From Eledone cirrhosa (taxonomy: Eukaryota), in contig OZ024740.1 in NCBI GenBank assembly GCA_964016885.1, positions 397,730,001-397,794,000 on the forward strand: a stretch of DNA of 64,000 nucleotides. The letters are read 5' to 3'. Under the pieces are notes generated by a model. It was not told where the DNA came from. It saw only the letters and a list, made by a program, of their open reading frames with translations, and ran no database searches. Positions 13,271-25,444 of the stretch are shown in pieces; the stretch's first letter is position 1, and each line of letters opens with the position of its first letter. Both the position numbers and the translations under genes were made by a program.

Positions 13271-14205
13271 TTTTATTTGTTAATTAATTGACTAGTTATT
13301 CTAAATACATCTTACAAATCTAGTTTAGATTAGATTTTTAAAATTTGAAATGTTTTGTTTATATCTGAAGAAATAAAGCAAACTCAGTTTTATTTATAAA
13401 TATGAGTATTTACTCACACAGACACATATGCATACACACATATGTGCATATATACAAACACATGCTTATAGAAAAACAAATGTACAGGCAAGCCAAATAA
13501 AAAGTCACAGTTTAAAACTGTTGGATAAAACGTAATTGTTTGTAATTTGTTTATGTATTAGAAATATTGACTGCAAAGGTCATGCTATAAGGCACTTCCA
13601 TATGCACACATGTGCACACATATATGCACATCCATGTGACACACATACATTGACATACATGACATTGCTAGTAGGGAAAGCAGGCATTAAAGGATAATGA
13701 TGATGATACACATGCACAACACGCACACATACATATACATAGCTTCATTCACATACATACACACTCTACACTCTTCACCCAAAATGTCTCTAAAAGTATA
13801 GGCTGAATCAGTTGTCTTAAGTGTCTGGCAGATAAATCTCTGGATAAAATATCAGTTTATATTGCAGGCAACATTCTCAGAAGATCTGTTGCCTGTTTCT
13901 TGTTGACTAGGTGAACTAAGGCATGCTTTTGCTGTTTAGACCTACCTCAATGCCATGTCTAAACAACAGTAGATCTATGATCAAAGGCATTCCAACTGTG
14001 ACCATTTTCTCTTTTCTAGGACCACATTATCTAATGTGTTCTTCCCCTGTATAAGATGTTACAGTGTAATTTGAGGAAGACTGGATTGTTGTTTCTAGCA
14101 GGGAAAATGACTAAGTAGAGGTTTCTTTGTTGGCTTATAAGATTAAATGTTCTGTCTTAAAGACACTGTGAAATACTTAGTGGGCATGAAGTCATTTATG
14201 TGTTT

Positions 14206-14249
<44 letters not shown>

Positions 14250-14789
14250 CATTAAGCTGTTCCCTCTAAAGACAATGGGATGCATGAGGTTTTTTTTAAC
14301 TTGTTATATGTCTGCATGCAGAAATTTATGGGATATATGTTATATGTGCAGGCATCATGTATGAACATATAACTGGAATTGTAAAACTGCTGCATATACA
14401 TACATATACACACATACATACACAAACACACACACACATATATACACACATATATACACATACATATATATACACACACACATACACATATATATACACA
14501 CATACATGTGTGTATATATAAGACATGAATGTGCTCCAGCTTGACCATTTTCATTCAGGATATAAAACTTCTGCTGGATATGAACATTTACATACAGTTC
14601 AAACTTGACTGGCTAAGATTAATTAACAGTAGCACAAACAGCGGGATTCATAATAGAGTGTGTGTATGAAAACTTGACACCTCGTCCATACATAAACACA
14701 TATACAAGCAAGCACAAGGAGGATAAATCCGTCCAATCCATGCCAGCGTGGAAGATGGACGTTAAACTATGATGATGATGATGATGATG

Positions 14790-15040
14790 AATATGTGTAT
14801 TTTTAACAATAAAAATAAAACCGAAGTTAGATGTAGGTTGTTAAGAGTACTTCATTGTTTAATGATTGTTTCAGAATATTGGCCCTAAAAATAGATGATG
14901 ATGTAATCACTACTTGGTGTTCAACCATTCAGTTTACCCTGATCAATTAGCCCTTTGAAATGATCGTGTAACAATGAAGTACTCTTAACAACCTACATCT
15001 GACTTCTGTTTTATTTTCATTGTTCAAAATACATATTTTA
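14790..15040. repeat. Fold-back inverted repeat
   Basis: AGATGTAGGTTGTTAAGAGTACTTCATTGTT pairs with AACAATGAAGTACTCTTAACAACCTACATCT and extends outward. Confidence 0.85.
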
Positions 15041-15759
15041 TTGATTCTGCATCCTGTGTACATTCTTCAAAGATATCTAAATAAACTTAAGCCTTGAAAG
15101 CATTACCTTGATGAATCTACCACTACAATGCTGCATTGTGTTCTATCAACATTATCTGCCCCACCTTAAATAGGTGTATACCAATTGTATATCATATATA
15201 TATATATAAACACTAAACAGAAATAACTAAGCATATATGTATGTATATATGAATATGTATGCATGCACACACACGCACACACACACTCACACATATACAA
15301 GCAAGCACAAGAGAAATATTTTTTTGAAAAAATATTGAATAAATAAAAGTTGAAAAATATATTTGTGGTGGTTTTGTCCACTTCACTCCACAATATTTGT
15401 ACGAAAGCTTTTGCCGATAAAATTCAGAGTTGTTTCCCTTTGCATTGTTTGTTTATTGCGTGTAAAATAAAATTCACTTAAAATAAAGAAAATATTCAGA
15501 ATTTACATTTAATTACAATATTGTTGTTATTGTTATTTAATCCGGTCATCCGTAATCGAGCAGACCTATTATCAAAGACGTTCCAGCCGTGACTATCTTA
15601 TCTATTTCTTTTGGATACAGTATACACAGGACCATAACCTAGGTATCGATTATTTGTTACGATGGCAGGGTGTGTTTTGAGGAAGATTTGGCTACTATTT
15701 TAGCAAGTAGAGTGACCAATTAGTGACTTCTACATTGGCTATGTAGTATACGGTGTTGA

Positions 15760-15920
15760 GAAGACAGAAACAGTTTTTTTTCAGCCTGTGGCGTTCGAGA
15801 CGGTTGGTGGAGATAGGCTGCTGACAGCAAAGTTCTCGTCACCGTTAGCGGCTCACCTTATCGGGGTGTCAGGTGATGCCCGTGAGGGTGCTTGGTTGTT
15901 TCAGTGCCTTAGCCTCTTCG
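15760..15920 (+). mobile_element. Small CRE-like retrotransposon endonuclease fragment
   Basis: Translates FQPVAFETVGG...SGDAREGAWLFQCLSL, homologous to LAVETFG...EPHEKEWLFQRVS of 16806..17375. Confidence 0.6.
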
Positions 15921-16810
15921 TCACATATAAACTCTGAACGTAGATATCACATGATGTATGTAGTGTGCTGCTTTACCGATTCTGCTAGTTACCATACAAT
16001 ATTCTGCTGCCAAATATATTTCATTTAATGTTCTAAGGGCGACAACTACGAGCAAAAACAGGGGTCGTTTGAATAGTTATCTCCCTTGCTCTACACCAAT
16101 ATATTGCAGATCTGCTTATTTCTACCTTTCTTTCTTTCTACCTTTCTACCTTTCTCTATTACCATTAACTTTGCCTTTCATCCTTACGGGGTCGATAAAA
16201 TAAAGTACCAGTAATACACTGGGATAATTGCTGGCCTTGTGCCAAAAGTAGAAACAATTATTACTATTACTATTATAACTTTTACTATTACTACTAGTAC
16301 TGCTGCTGGTATTACATTTTGATGAATATATTTTCAAATCTGCCTGGAATCGTTCAGTTTGCGTTCATCGGTCCGTCAAAGACCCAATTGTGGTTTTGTT
16401 ACCACGCTGCGCCTCTGCCATCGAACAGCTTTGGTTCCTTTGTTCCTTTGAGCACACACCTTAGCTCTGACAATGCAACCTTCGTGTTTCGCATTGAAGA
16501 AACGGTCTAAAGCCATTCTCGCCGATAGCACGTCAGTTGCAATGCCTCGTCTAATTTAGCTACCAGCTCCCCCACCTTTCTATTTTTATCTAACGCTACT
16601 TCTTTGCTAAAACTTATCGACATTATTCTAATATCTCCTTTGAGAGTCCCCACCACCTGTTGTTGACGACCCCGGTCCCTGTAAGCCTTACGTGCCGGAA
16701 ACGACATATTCAGCTTCCAGTAGCCAGGTCCTAACATGCATGTCATATCTAGGTCGACCATACAGATCACAAACTTGTGATCTGAATAGGCGACCGTTTT
16801 AATGTGTGGA

Positions 16811-17452
16811 CTGCGGATCCATTGCGGACTTTTTCGGCCTCTATTCGCTTTCCTGTCGCTACAGTGCCGACCGCCTTCCACGTCATGCTGCTCTCAACGA
16901 GGTCATAAAGCATAGCTTGGATGCTGCAGGCTTACCCTCTCAGCTTGAGCCGGTGGGGCTGAACCGAGGGGACGGCAAAAGGCCAGATGACATGATCATC
17001 TTCCCATTCCATTGTGGTAAACCCCTCGTCTGGGATGCCACTTGCAGCGACACATTCTCCAGCAGCAACCTGGTGCAGTCTGCAACTAACCCAGGTTTTG
17101 TTGCACTTCGGGCTGAGGAGGGTAAACTCTCCAAGTATCGGTCGCTCTCTGATAGGTTTGAAGTCGATGCCCTAGCAGTGGAGACTTTTGGTGTCCTTAG
17201 TCATAGGGTTACCTCCCTACTTACCACCATAGGCGCTGAGTTGGCTAGTCGCAGGTCTGAGCCTCACGAGAAGGAATGGCTCTTCCAGCGTGTCTCCTTT
17301 ACCATCCTCAAGGGAAACGCCTTCTCCATTCTGTCCGCCGGGGCGACCAACACGTGGGAACCCATTTGCTCATAATAAAGAGATAGATAGGGCAAGTGAG
17401 ATGGAGGCGATGACAGTGGGAGTTCGGCTCTTCTGTGTTCGGACCTGGTGTG
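16811..17452 (+). mobile_element. CRE-clade non-LTR retrotransposon 3' fragment (zinc knuckle + restriction-like endonuclease) nested in the Tx1-like APE region
   Basis: ORF 16806..17375 has CG...SC...RHAALN...EP...KRPD...WDAT...AEEGKLSKY...AVETFG. The Tx1-like host sequence rejoins across the insert. Confidence 0.8.
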
Positions 17453-18446
17453 CAACCTATACTATTCTTATCTATTGACCTAATGAAAAACCTATCTATA
17501 TACGATCTAGATGACCCTATGCGGTTGGTTCAGTTCCACGCTGGCTCATTAGGGAAATCTAGTACCTGTCAAACAGTTGGAAATGATTGATCAGGTACTT
17601 GAGGTTTTTGCATCCTCGCTCCTATCAGCTACTCTCACACAATCCCAGCGTGCGTCTAAGATGCCGTTCCAGTCCCTCACAAACAGTAAAGGATGAGACG
17701 TTCCCAGAAAGACTTCCAGGTGCCTAAAGAAATCCGACCGTTCGGCCCCGGTCAGGGGCGTAGACGACCACCAGTCAAAAGGCACCCCCTTCGCTATTGT
17801 TTACGTCCAGGACCACCAGCTTAGCGTTCGAGCCGAACTTAGCGTCAAGATCGATGTAACCTCGAGATCCAGGCATTTTCTAAATATCACTGCCACCCCC
17901 CACACCTCCCATTCCCGGCCGACTAAGAGATGCGAACATCTGATAGTCGTCAAAAATGGGGACTAGTGCGCGCGTGTCAGAAATCCTGATCTCGCTGACG
18001 GCAATCGCACCCATATCTAGTGTCCTAAGGTCGTTCAGCAGGTGACCCTGCTTCCCGGACGACTCAAGGCGTCGAATATTTAGACATTCTATTATTAGGA
18101 TGGCCATGTTGGCAGGCTGAAAGATAGAGGGAAAGTTTACTTACCTCTCTGAGGCTTGAGGAGGTCGGGTGGTTCGACCTTAATGGTTGGTGGGATTTCT
18201 ATTGGGAATCCTTTTAAAAGCCTACTCGAGGCTTTCACATTAGGAGTCCCCACGTCGTCGGGGGAACTCTCCCCAATGTAAGTGTTTATTGCATCTGCAC
18301 CATCAGAAGTGTTTGGAACACTTTGAAGGTACATGTGCCCCAAATCTCCCCCGCTTTCTCAATATCTTGACAAGTTTTTTGTTGGCCCTTCTTAACACGA
18401 AGTTGGGTGTTTTTGTTGTAGGTGCCTGTGTGTGTTTTTGGGAAGT

Positions 18447-18490
<44 letters not shown>

Positions 18491-18499
18491 TGATTTGCA

Positions 18500-21400
18500 G
18501 TTGTGTCGGTGTTGTTGTTGGTTGTGTTTTTGTTGACGGTTGTGGTGTTGGTGTTGATCTAGGTGGTTGTGGTGTTGGTGTTGGTGGTTGTGGTGTTGAT
18601 GGTGTTGATGTTGGTGGTTGTGGTGTTGGTGTTGGTGGTTGTGGTGTTGGTGGTTGTGGTGTTGGTGTTGGTGTTGGTGTTGGTGGTTGTGGTGTTGGTG
18701 GTTGTGGTGTTGGTGGTTGTGGTGTTGGTGTTGGTGTTGGTGTTGGTGGTGTTGGTGGTTGTGGTGTTGGTGGTTGTGGTGTTGATGGTGTTGATGTTGG
18801 TGGTTGTGGTGTTGGTGTTGGTGGTTGTGGTGTTGGTGGTTGTGGTGTTGGTGGTTGTGGTGTTGATGTTGATGGTGTTGATGTTGGTGGTTGTGGTGTT
18901 GGTGTTGGTGGTTGTGGTGTTGGTGGTGCTGGTGGTGTTGATGTTGGTGGTTGTGGTGTTGGTGTTGGTGTTGGTGGTTGTGGTGTTGGTGTTGGTGGTG
19001 GTATTGGTGGTTGTGGTGTTGGTGGTGGTATTGGTGGTTGTGGTGTTGGTGTTGGTGGTGGTATTGGTGGTTGTGGTGATGCTTGTTGTGGTGTAGGTGG
19101 TTGTGGTGTTGGTGGTTGGGGTGTTGGTAGTTGTGGTGTTGCTGGTTGTGGTGTTGGTGGTCGTGGTGTTGGTGGTTGTGGTGTTGGTGGTTGTTGTGTT
19201 GGTGGTTGTGGTGTTGGTGGTTGTGGTGTTGGTGGTTGTTGTGTTGGTGGTTTTGGTGTTGGTGGTTGTGGTGTTGGTGGTTGTGGTGTTGGTGGTTGTG
19301 GTGTTGGTGGTTGTTGTGTTGGTGGTTGTGGTGTTGGTGGTTGTTGTGTTGGTGGTTGTGGTGTTGGTGGTTGTGGTGTTGGTGGTTGTGGTGTTGGTGG
19401 TTGTGGTGTTGGTGGTTGTTGTGTTGGTGGTGTTCGTGGTTGTGGTGTTGGTGGTTGTTGTGTTGGTGATTGTGGTGTTGGTGGTTGTGGTGTTGGTGGT
19501 TGTGGTGTTGGTGGTTGTGGTGTTGGTGGTTGTGGTGTTGGTGGTTGTTGTGTTGGTGGTTGTGGTGTTGGTGGTTGTGGTGTTGGTGGTTGTGGTGTTG
19601 GTGGTTGTTGTGTTGGTGGTTGTGGTGTTGCTGGTTGTTGTGTTGGTGGTTGTGGTGTTGGTGGTTGTGGTGTTGGTGGTTGTGGTGTTGGTGGTTGTGG
19701 TGTTGGTGGTTGTGGTGTTGGTGGTTGTTGTGTTGGTGGTTGTTGTGTTGGTGGTTGTGGTGTTGGTGGTTGTGGTGTTGGTGGTTGTTGTGTTGGTGGT
19801 TGTGGTGTTGGTGGTTGTGGTGTTGGTGGTTGTGGTGTTGGTGGTTGTTGTGTTGGTGGTTGTGGTGTTGGTGGTTGTGGTGTTGGTGGTTGTGGTGTTG
19901 GTGGTTGTGGTGTTGGTGGTTGTGGTGTTGGTGGTTGTGGTGTTGGTGGTTGTGGTGTTGGTGGTTGTGGTGTTGGTGGTTGTGGTGTTGGTGGTTGTGG
20001 TGTTGGTGGTTGTGGTGTTGGTGGTTGTGGTGTTGGTGGTTGTGGTGTTGGTGGTTGTGGTGTTGGTGGTTGTTGTGTTGGTGGTTGTGGTGTTGGTGGT
20101 TGTGGTGTTGGTGGTTGTTGTGTTGGTGGTTGTGGTGTTGGTGGTTGTGGTGTTGGTGGTTGTGGTGTTGGTGGTTGTGGTGTTGGTGGTTGTGGTGTTG
20201 GTGGTTGTGGTGTTGGTGGTTGTGGTGTTGGTGGTTGTGGTGTTGGTGGTTGTTGTGTTGGTGGTTGTGGTGTTGGTGGTTGTTGTGTTGGTGGTTGTGG
20301 TGTTGGTGGTTGTGGTGTTGGTGGTTGTGGTGTTGGTGGTTGTGGTGTTGGTGGTTGTTGTGTTGGTGGTTGTGGTGTTGGTGGTTGTGGTGTTGGTGGT
20401 TGTTGTGTTGGTGGTTGTGGTGTTGGTGGTTGTGGTGTTGGTGGTTGTGGTGTTGGTGGTTGTTGTGTTGGTGGTTGTGGTGTTGGTGGTTGTGGTGTTG
20501 GTGGTTGTGGTGTTGGTGGTTGTGGTGTTGGTGGTTGTTGTGTTGGTGGTTGTGGTGTTGGTGGTTGTTGTGTTGGTGGTTGTGGTGTTGGTGGTTGTGG
20601 TGTTGGTGGTTGTGGTGTTGGTGGTTGTGGTGTTGGTGGTTGTTGTGTTGGTGGTTGTGGTGTTGGTGGTTGTGGTGTTGGTGGTTGTGGTGTTGGTGGT
20701 TGTGGTGTTGGTGGTTGTGGTGTTGGTGGTTGTTGTGTTGGTGGTTGTGGTGTTGGTGGTTGTGGTGTTGGTGGTTGTGGTGTTGGTGGAGGTGGTGTTG
20801 CTAGTTGTGGTGTTGCTGGTTGTGGTGTTGGTGGTTGTGGTGTGGGTGGAGGTGGTGTTGGTGGTTGTGGTGTTGGTGGTGTTGGTGGTGTTGGTGGTTG
20901 TGTTGTTGGTGGTTGTGTTGTTGGTGGTTGTGGTGTTGGTGGTTGTGGTGTTGGTGGTTGTGGTGTTGGTGGTTGTGGTGTTGGTGGAGGTGGTGTTGGT
21001 GGAGGTGGTGTTGGTGGTTGTGGTGTTGGTGGTTGTGGTGTTGGTGGTTGTGGTGTTGGTGGAGGTGGTGTTGGTGGTTGTGGTGTTGGTGGTTGTGGTG
21101 TTGCTAGTTGTGGTGTCGGTGATTGTGGTGTTGGTGGTTGTGGTGTGGGTGGAGGTGGTGTTGGTGGAGGTGGTGTTGGTGGTTGTGGTGTTGGTGGAGG
21201 TGGTGTTGCTAGTTGTGGTGTCGGTGGTTGTGGTGTTGGTGGTTGTGGTGTGGGTGGAGGTGGTGTTGGTGGTTGTGGTGTTGGTGGTGTTGGTGGTTGT
21301 GTTGTTGGTGGTTGTGGTGTTGGTGGTTGTTGTGTTGGTGGTTGTGGTGTTGGTGGTTGTGGTGTTGGTGGTTGTGGTGTTGGTGGTTGTGATGTTGGTG

Positions 21401-21760
21401 GTTGTGGTGTTGGTGGTTGTGGTGTTGGTGGAGGTGCTGTTGGTGGTTGTGGTGTGGGTGGAGGTGGTGTTGGTGGTTGTGGTGTTGGTGGTTGTGGTGT
21501 TGGTGGAGGTGGCGTTGCTAGTTGTGGTGGTGCTGATTGTGGTGTCGGTGGTTGTGGTGTTGGTGGTTGTGGTGTTGATGGTTGTGGTGTTGGTGTTGGT
21601 GGTTGTGGTGTTGATGTTGCTGATTGTGGTGTCGGTGTTGGTGGTTGTGGTGTTGATGTTGACGGTTGTGGTGTTGGTGTCGGTGGTTGTGGTGTTGGTG
21701 TTGATATAGGTGGTTGTGATGTTCGTGGTAGTAGTGTTGGTGGTTGTGGTGTTGATGCAG
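18500..21760. repeat. ~3.2 kb 15-bp minisatellite (GGTGGTTGTGGTGTT)n inside Tx1-like ORF1
   Basis: Direct inspection; variant unit GGTGGTTGTTGTGTT; a poly-G run lies at ~18448-18488. Confidence 0.97.
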
Positions 21761-22319
21761 GTGTGTCTGTGTTTTCTGTGGGTGTGTTCTATATTCTTGT
21801 TGGTGTGTGGAATGAATTTTATTTTTGGGGAGTTTTCAGTTTATTTTTTTTGTTTAATGGTGTTCCCCCCCCCCCCCCCCCTGATCTTCACTTGGGAATG
21901 AGAAGGAATTGCTGTCTGGGGAGTCTGCGTCAAAGAGGAGTGTGAGTCTGTTTACTGGTGTGTGAGTGTTGTTCTGTGTGTGTGTGTGTGTGTTTGAAAG
22001 AAGGGGAAGGGAGAGCTTGTTTGTGCGACTCCCTGGTTCTTGTTGGTGTTGTTGCTGCTGTTGTTGTTTCTGGTGGTGCTGTTTCCTTTACTGTTACTGC
22101 TGCTGGTGATGGTGGTGTCTTTAGTCCCGGCACCGGTCTTGGCAACAACGGAGGTTTGGGGTCTCCTTACTGGAGGCAAATGTCTCGCAGGTGTGTCTTC
22201 ACCACAAACGAAACAGTGAGGCCCTTTCCTCTCTGTGACTATCTGGATTTCGTACCTGTCTGGTAGTTTGATGTATTTGTGTCTGATTTGGAGAAGAGTC
22301 TCCAAACCAGTCCCAGACC

Positions 22320-22422
<103 letters not shown>

Positions 22423-23436
22423 TCTCTCTCTCTCCCTCTTTGTAAATTTAACGTCAAGGAGGGTGTCAGGGCCCTCTGCCGCTTCGTACCCCAGGAACCA
22501 CCATAAGTCCAGTCTCGGCGGAATCCTGGCAACACGGACCCTTACTGTCATCCTCTCCATGTAGGATGGGTACATGATTATTTGGTCTGTTTTACAGGGG
22601 ACCACAGAATGTTTGATAGTAAGGGCTTCAGTTTTGAAGAGCACCAAAATGCTCCCAAATTGTTTGGCCCTTGTTATATGCTCTATGTCATTATTGTAGA
22701 TTCACTTCAGTGCAGCCTTAACCTGTCCTTCGGAGATGTCTCGGCTTTTCGAGATTTCACTCAATGTTCTCATCTCCTTTGCTGCCATTACCTCGGCCGG
22801 GACCTTTAAGTTGGCCCAGGTCTTTTCTCTAGTTATAATTTTTTCCACCTGGGCCAAACGTTCATTTTTCTCTGTTAAGTCGAAATTGTGACTGCGACAG
22901 TACTCCTGTTGTTGCTGTTGTCGTTGTTGTTACTGTTGTTGCTGTTGTCGTTTATTTTTGGTGCTGCTGTTTTTCTGCTTTTCATTGTTTCTGATAGTTT
23001 TGTCGTTATTAATGTTGCTGGTGTTGTCGTTGTTGTTACTGTTGTTGGTGTTGTTATCATTTTGTTTTTATTAGTGTTTTCACTGTTGTTGGTGTTGTTA
23101 TTGTCGTTGTTTTTGTTGTTGGTGCTACTGTTGGCGATACTGCCCAATATGGTGCTGGTGTTTGCAATGATTGTGAGAGGGGAGGTATTATTCCGTTCAA
23201 CGTTTAAGTTCAAGTTTTGTTTCTGTTTTTTGAGCAAAAGAAATTAAAAAAATAAAGTTCAAATATTTAGTACCAAAGGTCCAAATATTATGGGGTCGCT
23301 TTTACACAGGGAAAAGACGGGTGTCATATGACCCCTTTGTCACAAAAAATACAACAATTCATTCAATGTCAAAACTTTAAAATTAACCAACTCACGGAGC
23401 TCACAAAAAATACGTCTTCACAGTCCGACGACCAAT

Positions 23437-24045
23437 AATAATAGAAATAATTGTTTCTACTTTAGGCACAAGGCCAGCAATTACTCAGTGCATTACTGGT
23501 ACTTTATTTTATCGACCCTGTAAGGCAAAATTAACCTCGGCGGGATTTGAACTCAGAATGGCAAGGGCCGTAACTCTATGCGTCAAAGCATGGCGTCCGA
23601 CCCTCTACCGATACTGCCAATCCATAGAAATAATTGTTTCTACTTTAGGCACAAGGCCAGCAATTACCCAGTGCATTACTGGTACTTTATTTTATCGACC
23701 CCGTAAGGATGAAAGGCAAAGTCAACCTCGGCGGAATTTGAACTCAGATCGTAAAGGGGCGTAACTATGCTGGAAAGCATGGCGTCCGACCCTCTACCGA
23801 TACTGCCAATCCACCGCCAATCCATAGAAATAATGATTTCTATATAGGTACTAGGCCAACAATTTTTGGGGAGAGGAAAATCGATCAAATTGACCCCAGT
23901 GCATTAATGGTGCTTTATTTTATCGAACCCTTAAGGATGAAAGGCAAAGCTAACCTCAGAGGGATTAGAACTCAGACCATAAAGGGTCGTAAACTCTATG
24001 CTGAAAAGCATTGTGTCCAACGCTCTACCGATACTGCCAATCCAC
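23437..24045 (-). mobile_element. Three tandem family-A SINEs
   Basis: The reverse complement of the SINE repeats three times, each ending CCGATACTGCCAATCCA on +. Confidence 0.88.
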
Positions 24046-25144
24046 TGCAATGTGTAAAGCACGAAATTTCGAACTTACTAAAAACTGAGGAAAAAAAATC
24101 AGGCGCAGAAAAAAACTGCAATTATAGTCAGTATAAAAATCGGGTAAAGTGCCTTAGAGACGGAAAAATGTTGATAGCAGCCGCTACAAAGAATCGATTT
24201 TCGTATCTTCAATTTATTATAAATTTCTGGCTGGTTGGTTGGTTCGATAAGCGGATAGTTGTTTATATATTTTCAAAGCTCTTTCGTCACACATTCCGTG
24301 ACTGGGTTTTATCGAACCAACCAACCAACCTGAAATTTATAATAAATTGAAGTGAAAACCAACAGGTGCGTGTGTTTTTATTGGCAGCACGACCCTCCGA
24401 AAGTATAACAATATATATATATATATATGCAAAGTTTTATTTAAATTGTTGGGTTAACAACGAGCAAATATTTATAACTGATATAAAAGCACTCAACAAG
24501 TATTTGGAGTATATTTACGATATTAAATAAATGGAAACTATATTTATAAAACCATATTTATTTCATTATATATATTTCAGGGATATCATATTAAAAATAT
24601 GTTATGCCTTCCTCAGACAAAATACAATATAAACAGTCTTATAAATAGATAGATTCGACATACCTTTCAACTTCGACTTCTATTTGAAAAGTTGATATAA
24701 ATATAGTTTCCATTTATTTAATATCGTATATATATATATATATATTTAAAAGAATCGAAGTCAGTGTTGCAGCAGATGTACAAACTTTATTTACATATTA
24801 CAAGTATTTATATATATATGAACATTTCCTGACTGAACACTCACGTTCTTTTTATCCCCAACGATTTTTTCCCCATTTTTTCCTCTCCTCACTCTCTCCT
24901 GTCTTTCTATTTCTTCTTTTATTCTTCAATCTATCTTTTGATGAAGGACTAACGTCTGAAATGTCATGACTGTTTTCCTAATATCTCAAACGTTACACTA
25001 ATATATATTTTCATTATACTGTATTATTTGCTTTGTTATTTTCTGTTTACTTTTTGCGCACACACACATACAAATACATACATATAAACATACATATATA
25101 TATATATATACATAATAATATTTATATATATATATATATATATT

Positions 25145-25310
25145 TATATTTGAAAAAAAGGAAAAGAATGACTTCACTTGTAGTGTTAAAAAAATTATGA
25201 TTTAATGTTATAATATTATAATGTTATAATATTATAATATTATAATATAACATTAAATCATACATTTTTTAACACTACAAGTGAAGTCATTCTTTTCCTT
25301 TTTTCAAATA
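25145..25310. repeat. Near-perfect palindrome between (TA)n tracts
   Basis: AAAAAAGGAAAAGAATGACTTCACTTGTAGTGTTAAAAAA pairs with TTTTTTAACACTACAAGTGAAGTCATTCTTTTCCTTTTTT. Confidence 0.9.
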
Positions 25311-25341
25311 TACTTAACTGTACCAAGGATCTCACATATTT

Positions 25342-25415
<74 letters not shown>

Positions 25416-25444
25416 GGAGGAGGTTATAGTTCACTTGAAGCATT

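Noticed and set aside
18289-21945. 1218-aa Gly/Cys/Val-rich protein (keratin-associated-like)
   Set aside because: Antisense read-through of a stop-free minisatellite inside a LINE; no splice or signal-peptide support.
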